A DNA stretch of 64,000 bases. Origin: Eledone cirrhosa. Taxonomy: Eukaryota. The stretch spans positions 442,432,001 through 442,496,000 of the forward strand of contig OZ024740.1 in the NCBI GenBank assembly GCA_964016885.1, read 5' to 3'. The position numbers and the translations under genes are program-made. Below are positions 34,201 through 46,349 of this stretch, piece after piece (within the stretch, counting starts at the first letter, position 1; the number at the start of each line of letters is the position of its first letter). The notes under the pieces were generated by a model that was not told the origin of the DNA, ran no database searches, and saw nothing but the letters and a program-made list of their open reading frames with translations.

Positions 34201-34700
34201 GGCAGTGTTACCGGGGGGCTCTGCCCGTTCGAGAAAAGCTCTACAGACACGGGTGCCCGGGCAGGGATCCAGCGAAAAAGATCTGTCCCAGATGCGTGCT
34301 CGACGAGGAAACCGTTGCGCATGCACTGATACACTACCCGGGAGTTGCCGATCTGTGGGGCTACGTCGAACGACTGCTGTCGCGTGTGGCGCCGATTCGA
34401 TTAACCGCCGAGTCTGTGGTGAACATCAAGCCGCCGCCTCCCTTCAGAAACGAAGCAGAGGCTGTCTTTCTGTGCGTAATAGCCATGATGAAAGAGGTTG
34501 TGTGGTGGACGCGCCTGAAAGGTCTGAGGTCGGGTGACTTTCTCTCCGGCCATCACCTGGTTTACTTCTTCCGATACCACTTCGGAAGAAGGATCAGGAT
34601 GGAGAGAGAAGTGCTTGGCCCCAGACAGTTTTATGAAAGGTGGGTGAAAGAAGCGAGAATGGCTCGTGTAAATGGGCCTTCTCTCTACATTGTTCTGTAG
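31267..34700 (+). pseudogene. Tx1-type ORF2 (AP endonuclease, RT, C-terminal Cys motif); frameshift in poly-G near 31460 and in-frame TAG at 32868
   Basis: [73 protein letters not shown]...ETVAH. Confidence 0.92.
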
Positions 34701-34946
34701 GTGAAGAAGTGAAGAGGAAAGGGGGAGCGCCTCCTCTCTGGGCTTCCCCCGCGAAAAGGGTTGCACACTTTTCGGGGGTATGTGCAATCCCGAACACGCC
34801 CCCTCCCTTTTGAGGACTTTTTATTATTATATTATTATTGTTATTCCTTTTTCTTTACTCGATTTATGTAAACTCCCCCACTGTGTATTTGTCCCCTTCT
34901 TTTGTGCCCTCGTGGCAAATAAATAGAAATTTATCTATCTATCTAT

Positions 34947-35812
34947 CTATCGCGGGTAAAATTCCCGAGATCCATGGATGAGTTCTCTCCAGCGGTCTCT
35001 GTCCCTCATTATCGCTGCCATGTCCTGCGTCTCCAACAGACCAGTGTCTGTCCTTAGGGAATCAACATACGTTAACCTTGGTCTTCCTCTTCCAGTGTGT
35101 CCATGTAGGGGCTCCCACAGGTGCACTGAGTGCAATGTCAACTCTGGATGTCGGTGAGCATGTCCAGCTAACCTCAGTCTCCTCTGTGTCACTTTTGAGC
35201 TGACTTTTGGGACGCTCCCATACAGCTCTGAGTTTTTTATCCTCAGTGTATACTGAATACTGTTGAGAGCCATCCTCAGCATTCTCGTGTAGCACCCATC
35301 CACCATCTGAGTGAGTTTCTATTGTATGCGCCCTGCGCTGGAGAAACACCAGGACTCTGGCTTTACTGTAGCACCGGCTCAGAGCAGGAGAGTTAAGGCG
35401 AAAAAGGTATCAGATGCTGAATTTGCCGACGACATAGTTTTGGTGACAAATACAGTAAAAGAGGCAGATGATGTGATGCAGGAGGTTGAGACTGTGTCGA
35501 TGAGTGTGGGGCTGAGAATGTATGAGACTAACACAAAATATCTGGTAGAGAATGTTGAGAAGCCAGAGGGGATCACTAATGTAGGCGGGAAGCCGCTAGA
35601 ATTGGTTGAGGACTTCCTGTATTTGGGAGCAAAGATTGGGAATACGGAAGACGATGTGGTTGAGAGGAAGCACAAAGCCTGGGCGGCGTGCCACAGCTTG
35701 AGATCGGTGTAGAAGTCCGACCTTCGTAAAGACCTGAAAATCCACCTCTTCATTGCTGTAGTGGAGTCTGTGCTGCTGTACGGGTCTGAGACTTGGACAC
35801 TGACAAAGAAAC
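34947..35812. mobile_element. RTE-clade LINE 3' fragment with a 5' inversion: 34947-35318 minus, ~35319-35812 plus
   Basis: FADDIVL, EDFLYLG, VESVLLYGSETWTLTK (plus) continues as DGCYTRMLRMAL...RRLRLAGH...GRPRLTY (minus); (ATAG)n tail. Confidence 0.88.
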
Positions 35813-35834
35813 ATATATATATATAGAGAGAGAG

Positions 35835-37213
35835 AGGGTTTTGCGAGGTTTTTTATATGAAATCGTGTGTCGAAACAAATATTGTTATACTTGGGGAGGG
35901 TCATATTTGTGTAATATTGCCAGAATTAATAACAGAACACACGCACTGTTTGGTTGGTTTTCGCTTTTCGCTTCTGTGTCTTTTATATCGGCAATCTAAT
36001 TTATTCGGTCCTCAATGTTGCCATTGACTGACCTACGGTCAAAAATAATACAGATACAATATAGACGCAAACACATATATATAGTTTATCAAAGTTCTTT
36101 CGTTGCACATCTGCAACATCGTCAGTGGTGCTATTGTTTCCTCCCGTTACATTGTATGTCTACGCCATTTTTATTTAGTCTGTCTATATATTTATTTATT
36201 TGTTTGTTTGTTTATTTTATTTTGTCTTCTTTGCGCATGCATTTGCGTGTGTGTATAGTGTTTGGTTTGATGTGTGTTCGTGATTGGGTGACTGAGTATC
36301 GATTAATGTATTCTATCTTTACTAGTGTGTGTTTATATGTGTTTGTGGTTATTGTGCTTGTGTATGTATTTATTTATTTATTTATATATTTATTTATTTA
36401 TTTATTTATACTTCTCTTAGATCAGTGTTGTTTGTTTGGGTGTTGTTGTTATTCCATTCATTCTTTCTGTTTAGTCTTGGTCTTCTAATTTCTATTTCAC
36501 AGGCCTCTCTGATTTGCCTATCTGCTGGGTCATTTCTATGTTTAGATATTATTCTAATTTCTATGTTGTCTATGTTACCGTCGTGTTGTTGTCTGGCATG
36601 TTCGTATAGTACTGACCCGTTTTTTCGTCCTTTTAGTTCCCCCCAGTGTTGGTCTATCCTTTCACCTATGCTACGAGCTGTCTCGCCTATGTATGTTGTT
36701 GTCATGTTTCTGCAAGTACCCTCTGTACATCTTATGCTATAGACTACGTTTCTAGTTTTACAGTTTATCCGGGGGTTTACCTTACATATGATACATTTCT
36801 TATTAGTACAGTGGGTTTTCTTAAAAGGGTAGGTTTTGCAGATCAGGGATTTTATAGTGGTTCCTGGCTTTCCTACCACCTTAATCTTTAAGTGGGTATT
36901 TCTCAGGGCCTTTCTACACTGGTTAGCTAATTTCCCTCCAGGGGTAGCGTCCACAAAAATGACACTCTGCTATCTCTGGTTGTCGTACCATGAGGTGGCT
37001 TTCCCTATTTTATGTCTAGCCCTATCTAAGCTATTCCATGATTTGCTCCTATATAATGGGCAAATTCCTTTCATGTCCAGTTCTATGAGGGTCTTATACT
37101 TCTCCATGGCTCCTTCGTATACTCTGACTCTGTCTCTTTGGTTGTAGCCAGAGAACTGCGTGCAGTTGATGAAGTGTTGGATGTGTCTTTCCATTTCTGT
37201 TGGGTCGCACATG
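35835..37213 (-). mobile_element. 5'-truncated non-Naiad PLE (RT thumb, Cys-rich linker, GIY-YIG, 3' pLTR); in-frame TAG at 36970
   Basis: FSGYN, FVDATPGG, CTNKKCIIC...CKTRNVVYSIRC...YIGETARSIGERIDQH...RQIREA...LNRKNEW. Confidence 0.85.
36087..36130 (-). ncRNA. Minimal hammerhead ribozyme with degenerate stem I
   Basis: CTGACGA-t-gttgca-gatg-tgcaac-GAAA-GAAC-TT. Confidence 0.65.
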
Positions 37214-37289
37214 CGAAGACTCCAAACCTCGGTTTGGACGAAACAATTGTAAGCGAATAAATGGTTTAAACAGAACTTTGATTCATGTA

Positions 37290-37295
<6 letters not shown>
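37214..37295 (+). mobile_element. Short PLE pLTR 3' end starting inside the HHR core; same family as 40694-40778
   Basis: cGAAGA-c-tccaaac-ctcg-gtttgga-c-GAAA-CAATTG-TA ... tttct then (TA)n. Confidence 0.75.
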
Positions 37296-37332
<37 letters not shown>

Positions 37333-38568
37333 TATTTGATGAACATTTACATGTTTTAGTTGCAATTGACTAATAAAATCGCTAGAATGAAATATCTTAA
37401 TTCAACAACATAAAGTTTGCCTGTACGATCTAAAAAATAATAAATCAATACTCACAGACTCATATGGGCAAAAAGCCTTGGTACCTAGACACGTTTAAAA
37501 TTCAAAATACAAACTTTTTCCGCAGATCGGTCAGAACTTCAAACTTCAAACATGTTTCACAAAGGATGGTATAATAGTGAAATAATTAATTAATTAGTAG
37601 AGAGTTAATCAATTTTCTGTGTTTATCAATAGGTACCCAGATAAATTAAATAACTTCACCTCAGAAAAATAAGCTATATATATATACGCACATATATTGT
37701 GAAGATATATTTATGCAGAAATATATGTAAACATACAGAGTTTGACACGTGTATATATATATATATACATACATATCAATATATATCTATATATTCTCTA
37801 AATAGTCATTAAAATCTGTCTTGTATACATTTCTAGACAAATATATTAATAGTCGACATATATTGCAATTAGAATTACTTTCAGATAAGAATTTGAAAAT
37901 AACAATAGTAAATAATATTAAGATTAGAAGATGCTGGAGGTATTTATATATGGTAAGGCTCTGTAGAAAGGCCACCCTTTACTCTCCACTAACAATAATA
38001 TTAAACGATGTGTGTGCTTTGTTGGTCAAGCAAGGTTTCAGAACTCACTGGATTAATCTGAAAAGTGTTCGGAGAAAAGGAAAATCTAGATATACCAAGT
38101 GGACTAATAGGAATTGCTGTGTGATCTGGCTTAAGGGATTTGCTGCGGAATATATGTAACCGAATTCTGTGTAGACACACGGGACCAACAACTTAGATTA
38201 AGGAAATTGTTATGACAGCATAGCATGGAGACAGTTTGGGAACGTTTTCGTGTTTGTTTTTTAAAGAGCACTTTACCGAATGGTGCCAGGAGAATGTGGG
38301 AGTGAAAACCTATATGTCATTCATTAAAATAGTAAATTATGAGGAAACTAGCGGTGTTATTTGTCGTAAAATAATAATACGGAGAGCATGGACATTGAAA
38401 TAAATGTTACACTGTGAGGAAGAATAGAAAACCTGAATTTCGAAGAGAAAGTATTCACCGGAGAGGTGTGAAATAACACCAGTATGGAGGGTTCTACAGA
38501 GATGTAGATTCTCTTTTTCTCATAACAATTAATGCACTGTTGGAATTCTTTATATATATATATATATA

Positions 38569-39123
38569 CTAGCCGAATTACCCGCGCCTTGATGCGTTTC
38601 ACATTTTTTTTTGGTAAGAAAATGATGATTAATTTTAAATCAGTGATATAATTTATGGAGCAAAACTCTGCATTTCAATATTACTCAATGTAAAATGTAA
38701 TGCAAGAAAAATTGGAAAACATTATTTTTTGTAATATATCAAATCAAAATTACATTATTAAATCTTATTCTTATTTTGTTTCTTGTAAATAATTTTTTTC
38801 AAAATATCAATTCAAAACTCGATCATTTCATTTTTGTGTAAAGCATTATTTCATTTGGGCTTCCAAAATTTTCACTATAGGGGGTTTAACCCCCATTAGG
38901 GTGTCTTAATATTATTGAGATTTTCTGAAATTTTGTGAATAGGCATCATATCTTGTCATTTACCTATGGTTTAAATTTCATATAAATCGAAGGGAAAACA
39001 TTTTCAGCGGGGGGTTGTGCCCCCGGGAACACTTTGATTAATATACTTACCCAAGTACCCTGGGCAATGTAGTTTCAGAATATATGTGGTTATGGGGGTC
39101 TATCTCCAAAACCATAGGAGGAG

Positions 39124-39125
<2 letters not shown>
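38569..39125 (-). mobile_element. Probable non-autonomous Helitron fragment
   Basis: Minus-strand 3' end with an imperfect GC hairpin followed by CTAG|T; 5' boundary uncertain. Confidence 0.4.
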
Positions 39126-39161
<36 letters not shown>

Positions 39162-39164
<3 letters not shown>

Positions 39165-39570
39165 TAAAGTGGTCCTTCATCAGTGATCTTCCAACCATCA
39201 TCGGTATTTCTTCGCTTTAAAGACCATATACCTCCGGTTGGTACGAGCAACGGCTAAAGAAAGTCGTTGGGACACGTAAATAAAGGGAACAGCGAGAGTG
39301 TAAACAAACAAAGATGGTGAAGCAACGAAAAGTGAGGAAGAACGAGTCAAGTCCCAAATTTCCATGAATATAAGTTCGGTCAAATCGTGAACGAGAGAGA
39401 ATAAAGAACATCAAACCTGGTTGAAATGTGAGCAAGGAAGGAATTCCGCACAGGTCTAACGGGAAGAAGAAGGGGTCTAGTCCGTGAGTTCGGTGAACAT
39501 AAGTTCTGTGAAATCGTAGACGAGAGAGAGAAAAAAGGCGAACCAGCCTGGCCAAATGTCCATGTGTGGT
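39162..39570 (-). repeat. Dispersed structured repeat with a kink-turn and a CTGATGA motif
   Basis: Homologous to 27910-28015. Confidence 0.65.
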
Positions 39571-39828
39571 TGATGGCTGAGAGAAATGGTACTCAATACT
39601 GAAGTAGAGTTTTAATATTCATTTTATTAAGGCTTAATAGTGAGTCTTCCTACTCTGGCGTTTCGCCTTCCTGTGATAAATAGACAAAATTCCAGAGTAA
39701 AAACATTCACTATTTAGCCCAAATAAAATGAATATTTATATATCTAAATATCTATATCTATATATATCTATATCTACGTCTACATATATATATCTATCGC
39801 TACATCTAATTTTATATATATATATATA

Positions 39829-40080
39829 TGGAATAGAATGAAACGAAATTTCATTTCTCACTCTTAGTACGGCACTTAATTAAATGTAATTATATATGTA
39901 TGTACACGTACATACATATATGTATACAGACGTACAGTAGTATGTATATATATACATACATGCACACATATATATATGCACGTATCGGTTTACCGAACAT
40001 TTACTATAATGCTTGGTTTGTTTGTTTGTAAACAAACAAACAGCCCGATTTACGCCGTACAGTGTTTAGGCAACCATATA
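39829..40080 (-). mobile_element. Diverged partial copy of the 430-bp unit (3' part, no HHR) between (TA)n tracts
   Basis: gaatgaaacgaaatttcatttctcactcttagtacggc...gccgtacagtgtttaggcaacca. Confidence 0.75.
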
Positions 40081-40101
40081 TGTATACATATATGTATGTA
40101 C

Positions 40102-40176
<75 letters not shown>

Positions 40177-40642
40177 TAAAAGGAAAAGATAATGCTGACA
40201 AATTTTTCCCAGTGAAAAATACATTTATTAGGAATAAGTATAAATTAGAAATAAATATTGGTTAGTAATCAGTTTTGGTTTAAGTTTTTGCCGGTTGCGC
40301 ATTTCTAACGCTTTTAAAAAATAATTTTGAGATAGAGCGCTCGTGATGTTTGCTCTAATCTGATCAGTTTGGGAAATTCTTCCTGTTTTATGTGAAAAAA
40401 GTGGCTCCAGAGGTATCAAGATTTGGTTGGTTGTTGAATGTCACGTGAATGAGTAATATAAATTTCGCGCCAATTCGTATTGCAAAAATTCTTGTAGTCA
40501 AAACAATTTTGATTGGTCGGTAGAGGTCACGTGAATGTTAAACATTGATTTTGCGCCAAATGTGGGTTTGTCGAAGAGTGTGCTTTTTCGGGTGATTGAG
40601 AAGTCACTGAAAAATAAGTTTATTAAGACAAATATGTGTATC

Positions 40643-40693
<51 letters not shown>

Positions 40694-40699
<6 letters not shown>

Positions 40700-42830
40700 C
40701 ACATGAATCAAAGTTCTGTTCAAACCATTTATTACAATTGTTTCGTCCAAACCGAGGTTTGGAGTCTTCGGAGGAATTTTTCAATGATTGTTTACATACA
40801 TGACCTCCTTTCCAACACAAGAGACATCAAGAAACATATGTATATATCGATGCACAGTGGGGTGACATCCATTATAATATTTTAGCATGGCAATTTACAT
40901 TCAAAAATTAAAGTCATATTAAAAGAAAATTAAAACAAAATTAAAGTTAAAATACAACATCGGTAGTTTACGAAGATAATGCAAGAAGATAGTTTGAAGT
41001 AGTTATTGTATGCAATAGTTACACGTGGGGCATGCACGTGTGTCTTATTTATATAAGATTAATGTGCGGCAAGGTGTTATATGCAATACAAGCATTTTAA
41101 GCGGGTAAACAAGAGTATTATGGGGGTTGTACTGGTAAAGTATTTTTTATGTATGATAAAGAAGCTTGTGTGCAGAGAAATATTAAAAATGAGAAGCAAA
41201 ATAATGTTATGGTTTTCGTATACACCACCATTTTCACAATCCAGGAAACGTAATATATAGATTATATGTCCTTCACATAATTCACGATGATTCAGTATGG
41301 GAAGCTTCATGTATTAGGTTAGATTATTACAGCATGTTGTTCTTTAATCCAATTTTATAGAGCAGGGTGTTTTTGTTGTGAGAATTTACATCGTTTTATT
41401 TTACGGAAGTGTGTGTGTGATTAAGGGAAGTTAATGCGTGAGGGGAGGTAACTAGCTGATTTCTATAACTAAATTTATTATTCCAATGTACATTAAACGG
41501 TGTCCCAATTGAGTCCATTACATATATGGTTATAAACAGTTTCTAAATTTAAGTATCCTATCTTTAAATTACAGTGTAGTCTATCAAGAAGTACTAAAGG
41601 TATCCATATTAGGATGATTACCCTCTATCATAGAGTGCCACCACTGAATATTCGACATGAAGAGTCAGATCTCCAAATCAATGATCTTTGTAAATGTAGT
41701 CTACCCACAGAACCTGGCGGGGTTTTATTAGAACTACGTCTATATACAACCCCTGGTAAGCTCTGGGTAAGCGCATGTCTGATTGCATGGCAAAGTTAAA
41801 TATCTCTAGGGTAGACCAGAGAGCAATTCTCACTTACAATGTCATTAATCTGTCTATCAAGTCATACATATATGCATAACGCATATACCACTTGTATATA
41901 ATTCATTGTACTCAACATATAGGTTATATAGCTCTTTTATGTTAATAAATTAATCTTCTATTTATCCAATGATGGCACTCCATACACAGAACAACATTAG
42001 CACAACCAATTCAGTGTTTAAATTTTACATTTAATTATATAGTGGTGTAATGTAGTCTAAGTAATTGAAGGCAATTATACCAAAAGTAGATGTACATGGG
42101 GATATTTTTAGGGTAAAAGGTTCTAGATAGATGTCACTAATTGTGTTAAGATAGGGTGGATCATTGAGTGTGGAGTTGTGGTGTAATGTGTGCCCTTGAG
42201 GTGTGTTGCTAGAAGTGGTGATCGGTTCTAGTCTGACGTTGCTATATATTGGGTTTAAAGTTTTGGAAGGAGTGTCGGAAGGAGTGACGCGAACACTTCT
42301 GATTTTTTTTATTAAGGAGGTTATGGTTTGAGAAGATAATAGTATGGGTCTCTAGTAGACAGAGGTTACAAAATTTATTAGGTGGTTTGTACGATAATAA
42401 TAGTAATAGCACTAGTGTAAGCAATAACGCTGGGAATGACAACCCCCATAACCATAATCCTACAGCTACCATCCAGACTTCTACACAACATAATAACCGG
42501 CAGACTAACACCCAGAATAATTGTAACTGTAGATCTAATAGAACCTGCACTTTAGATAAAAAATGCTTAATCAAGAATATCATATACTCATGTACCGTCA
42601 CAACTAGCAACTCTTCTGAAACCTATATAGGCTCTACTTCAAACTGCTTCAAAATCAGATACAATTCGCACCTCCACTCTTTCAAAAAACACAGTCTAGC
42701 CAACTCCACTTCACAATCTAGCTACATACACTATCTAAAAACTAAAAATAGATTTTATACACTTAAATGGGAAGTGATAGGTAAGGTGACATCGTACAAA
42801 CGACCTAATAAATGTTGTAACCTCTGTCTA
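40694..42830 (-). mobile_element. Truncated Naiad PLE: 3' part on minus (40694-42394) plus an inverted GIY-YIG segment on plus (42395-42830)
   Basis: CNCRSNRTCTLDKKCLIKNIIYSC...YIGST...FKIRYNSH (plus); FCNLCLLE...CSRH (minus); HHR near the 3' end. Confidence 0.82.
40727..40778 (-). ncRNA. Hammerhead ribozyme variant (CCGAAGA core, stem I damaged)
   Basis: CCGAAGA-c-tccaaac-ctcg-gtttgga-c-GAAA-CAATTG-TA. Confidence 0.6.
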
Positions 42831-43057
42831 TATATATATATATATTTTTTTTTCTCAACCTGTTAGTTCTATCGTTACTTTGGTATATTATTGTGTGTTA
42901 GATTTTGCCTCCCCCAATGTTCAATTTGTCGAGCTATTTAAACGTATGTTATTACTCTAAGGACCTACCTTATCGAGTGCTTGGCTAACTCATCATTTCG
43001 TATAAGTCGGCCGAATTTGCTTGCAAACCGCCAGAGATTCGATTTTACTAAATTTCC

Positions 43058-43106
<49 letters not shown>

Positions 43107-43227
43107 TGTAATAAACAACATAAGGCAATTATTTCATTTACCAGTCGTTTTTTAAAAGCAAAAAAGATTTCTTTCAATCATCAGAATGAAAAAATCCTGG
43201 CGTATTTATTGACGTTGGATATATACA

Positions 43228-43278
<51 letters not shown>

Positions 43279-43297
43279 ATATATGTTTATATATCTC

Positions 43298-43548
43298 TAT
43301 CTAAGGCGGTTAAAATTCCCGAGATCCATGGACGAGTTCTATCCAGCGGTCTCTGTCCCTCATTATCGCTGTCATGTCCTGTGTCTACAACAGGCCAGTG
43401 TCTGTCCTTAGGGCATCAACATACGTTAACCTTGGTCTTCCTCTTCTAGTGTGTCCATGTAGGGGCTCCCAAAGGAGCACTGAGTACAATGTCAACTCTG
43501 GATGTCGGTGAGCATATCCAGCTAACCTCAGTCTCCTCTGTGTCACTT
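43298..43548 (-). mobile_element. RTE LINE 3' fragment, same family as 34947-35318
   Basis: [21 protein letters not shown]...[16 protein letters not shown]. Confidence 0.85.
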
Positions 43549-43682
43549 TATATATGTATATATATATGTTTATATATATATATGTATATGTATATATACA
43601 TATACATATATAAACATATATATATATATAAACATATATATATATATAAACATATATATATATATATGCATATATATATATA

Positions 43683-43714
<32 letters not shown>

Positions 43715-43717
<3 letters not shown>

Positions 43718-44883
43718 GGAAAAAATGAAATGAAATTTCATTTCTCACTCTTAGTACGGCTGTTACTTAAATATATGTATGTATACGTACATACATATAT
43801 GTATACAGACGTACAGTAGTATGTATATATATATACATACATGCACACACATATATATATGTACGTATGGATTCACCGAACATTTATTATAATGCTCGGT
43901 GTGTTTGTAAACAAACATCCCGAATTAAGCCGTACAGTGTCTAGCAACCATCGTTGCTCATTTGTTCAACACTGAGAAAGGAACGCTGTACTAGTTTCAA
44001 GCTTATTAGCTATCGTCAGCAACGTATACCTTCCTGCCAGATGATTGAAAATCTGAAAGTATATACTTTCCTTATGCGTATTAACGGCTGAGCAACCCAA
44101 TTTGCATATCGAGTGAGTTAATCGGCCGGGATACCGAAAACGAAAAACGGAAAAAATGAAATGAAATTTCATTTCTCACTCTTAGTATGGCTGTTACTTA
44201 AATATAAGTATGTATACGTACATACATATATGTATACAGACGTACAATAGTATGTATATATATATATACATACATGCACACACATATATATGTGCGTATG
44301 GATTCACCGAACATTTATTATAATGCACGGTGTGTTTGCAAACAAACATCCCGAATTAAGCCGTACAGTGTCTAGCAACCATCGTTGCTCATTTGTTCAA
44401 CACTGACAAAGGAACGCTGTACTAGTTTGAAGCTTATTAGCTATCGTCAGCAACGTATACCTTCCTGCCAGATGATTGAACGTCTGAAAGTATATACTTT
44501 CCTTATGCATACATGCACACACATATATATGTGCGTATGCATTCACCGAACATTTATTATAATGCTCGGTGTGTTTGTAAACAAACATCCCGAATTTAGC
44601 CGTACAGTGTCTAGCAACCATCGTTGGTCATTTGTTCAACACTGACAAAGGAACGCTGTACTAGTTTCAAGCTTATTAGCTATCGTTAGTAACGTATACC
44701 TTCCTGCCAGATGATTGAACGTCTGAAAGTATACACTTTCCTCATGCATATTAACGGCTGAGCAACCCGATTTGTTTATCGAGTGAGTTAATCGGCCGGG
44801 GTACCGAAAACGATAAACGGATAAAAATGAAATGAAATTTCATTTCTCACTCTTAGTACGGCTGTTACTTAAATATAAGTATG
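43715..44883 (-). mobile_element. 430-bp retrozyme-like array, left part (about 2.7 units, one internally deleted)
   Basis: HHR at 43983 (intact), 44414 (GAAA>CAAA) and 44653 (CTAACGA). Confidence 0.82.
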
Positions 44884-45420
44884 TGTACAGCCACCGGAAA
44901 TAACAGCTGTGAAATATACAGCGCCATCTACCTGTTAGCTAGCTACTCAACGTGAAACAAAAGAACCCTTAGAACCTACCAGAATTAGAACCTACCAGAA
45001 TTAGAACCTACCAGAATAAACGCCTACACATCGACTAAACAACAAAGGATTGTTCCTGTATAAATAGAGTGGTTCCTAACACTTTCGCTAGTCGACTTTT
45101 GGCAGAGTCAGCTAGCGCATCATTGTTCCTTTACTCTGCCACACTTTGTCACTCACACACGCATTGCCTTGTACCCCGTATCGTTGCTTCATGTGAAAAT
45201 AAATAGCTGATCGAATTTACATCTCGCCTTGCTTCGTCCTTTCAACTTGTGCTTTCGTCTGTCCATCCTCAACAGTTCTTTTAAGGGCTATATACGACAA
45301 CAGTCATTTTAAGGGCTATCTTCATATCTGATCAGACAGTATGCGATAAGAGTCCTTCTAAGGGCTATTCTCGGATCTGATCAGAAGTAGTGACTAGACT
45401 GACCAAACAGCGTCGCTACA
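44884..45420 (+). repeat. 5' LTR
   Basis: tgtacagcc...gtcgctaca; TATAAATA near 45059, AATAAA near 45198. Confidence 0.95.
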
Positions 45421-45422
45421 AT

Positions 45423-45440
45423 TGGTGACCCGAACGTGAG
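45423..45440 (+). promoter_or_regulatory. Primer-binding site, tRNA-Trp-like
   Basis: TGGTGACCCGAACGTGAG versus the canonical tRNA-Trp PBS TGGTGACCCCGACGTGAT. Confidence 0.75.
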
Positions 45441-45479
45441 TCGAACGCACAACCAGACAGCACCTAAGAAAACATCAAC

Positions 45480-46349
45480 ATGGACATGTCACAAACGACA
45501 GAAGCCGAGATACCAACCACACAAGCGGCGTTAACATTGAAAGTGCCCGCATTTTGGTCTAACGACCCGACTCTATGGTTCTCGCACGTAGAAGCGCAAT
45601 TCGCCGCGAACAGAATTAAGAGCGACGCCGCAAAACTCACCTACATCATTGGATCTGACCCGCCAGAAGTTTTGGCTGAAGTGAGGGACCTCGTTATGGC
45701 ACCGCCAGGCACGGTGTCATATGAATCATTCCGCAAGGAATTGGTCAAGCGGACGACTGCGTCACAGCAGAGACGACTCAACCAACTCGTGTCTGCAGAA
45801 GAATTGGGAGACAGAAAACCTTCCCAACTATTGCGAAAGATGAGACAGCTGATGGAGGACCAGCCGCTCTCAGAAGATCTGCTGAAACGGTTGTTCATAC
45901 AGCGCTTGCCCTTATCGATGCAGGGAATTCTGGCGTCGACTAACGAGTCAGCAACCCCGGAGGAACTGGCTAGTGTCGCAGATAAGATCGCTGAGGTATC
46001 AAACCCTTTTGCCTCAGTAGCACAGGTAGATCGTCGGACAAACGCTTACGTAACGTCCTCGGACTCCACCTCCGAGATTGCAGAGCTGCGGCCTATGATC
46101 AGAGAGCAGGCTGGTCAAATCAAAGCCCTCTCAAACCAATTAGAAAGCCTGACCTTGCAAACACACCGGCGGCGCAGCAACAGTCGGTCCAGACCCTTTC
46201 ATCGTCAAAGATCGAGAAGTCCCAGTCAAAATCGTGTGTCTGGCAACCTCTGCTGGTATCACGAGGAATTCGGCGCTCGGGCATCTAAGTGTAGGGCCCC
46301 GTGCTCTTTCCAGAATACCACCCAGAGAAACGGGCAGACCAGGGACTAG
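45480..46349 (+). CDS. gag: Gypsy gag
   Basis: KVPAFW...WFSHVEAQF, ELGDRKPSQLLRKM, CWYHEEFGARASKCRAPC. Confidence 0.9.
   Translation: MDMSQTTEAEIPTTQAALTLKVPAFWSNDPTLWFSHVEAQFAANRIKSDAAKLTYIIGSDPPEVLAEVRDLVMAPPGTVSYESFRKELVKRTTASQQRRLNQLVSAEELGDRKPSQLLRKMRQLMEDQPLSEDLLKRLFIQRLPLSMQGILASTNESATPEELASVADKIAEVSNPFASVAQVDRRTNAYVTSSDSTSEIAELRPMIREQAGQIKALSNQLESLTLQTHRRRSNSRSRPFHRQRSRSPSQNRVSGNLCWYHEEFGARASKCRAPCSFQNTTQRNGQTRD

Larger units (their letters stand above)
29241..34935 (+). mobile_element. Near full-length Tx1/L1-group non-LTR retrotransposon flanked by (CTAT)n
   Basis: ORF1 with zinc knuckle, ORF2 APE-RT-Cys, and a 3' UTR ending aaataaatagaaattt before (ATCT)n. Confidence 0.88.

Noticed and set aside
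37655-37745. Possible HHR ending GAAA-TATATG-TA
   Set aside because: No intact CTGANGA or stem I could be found
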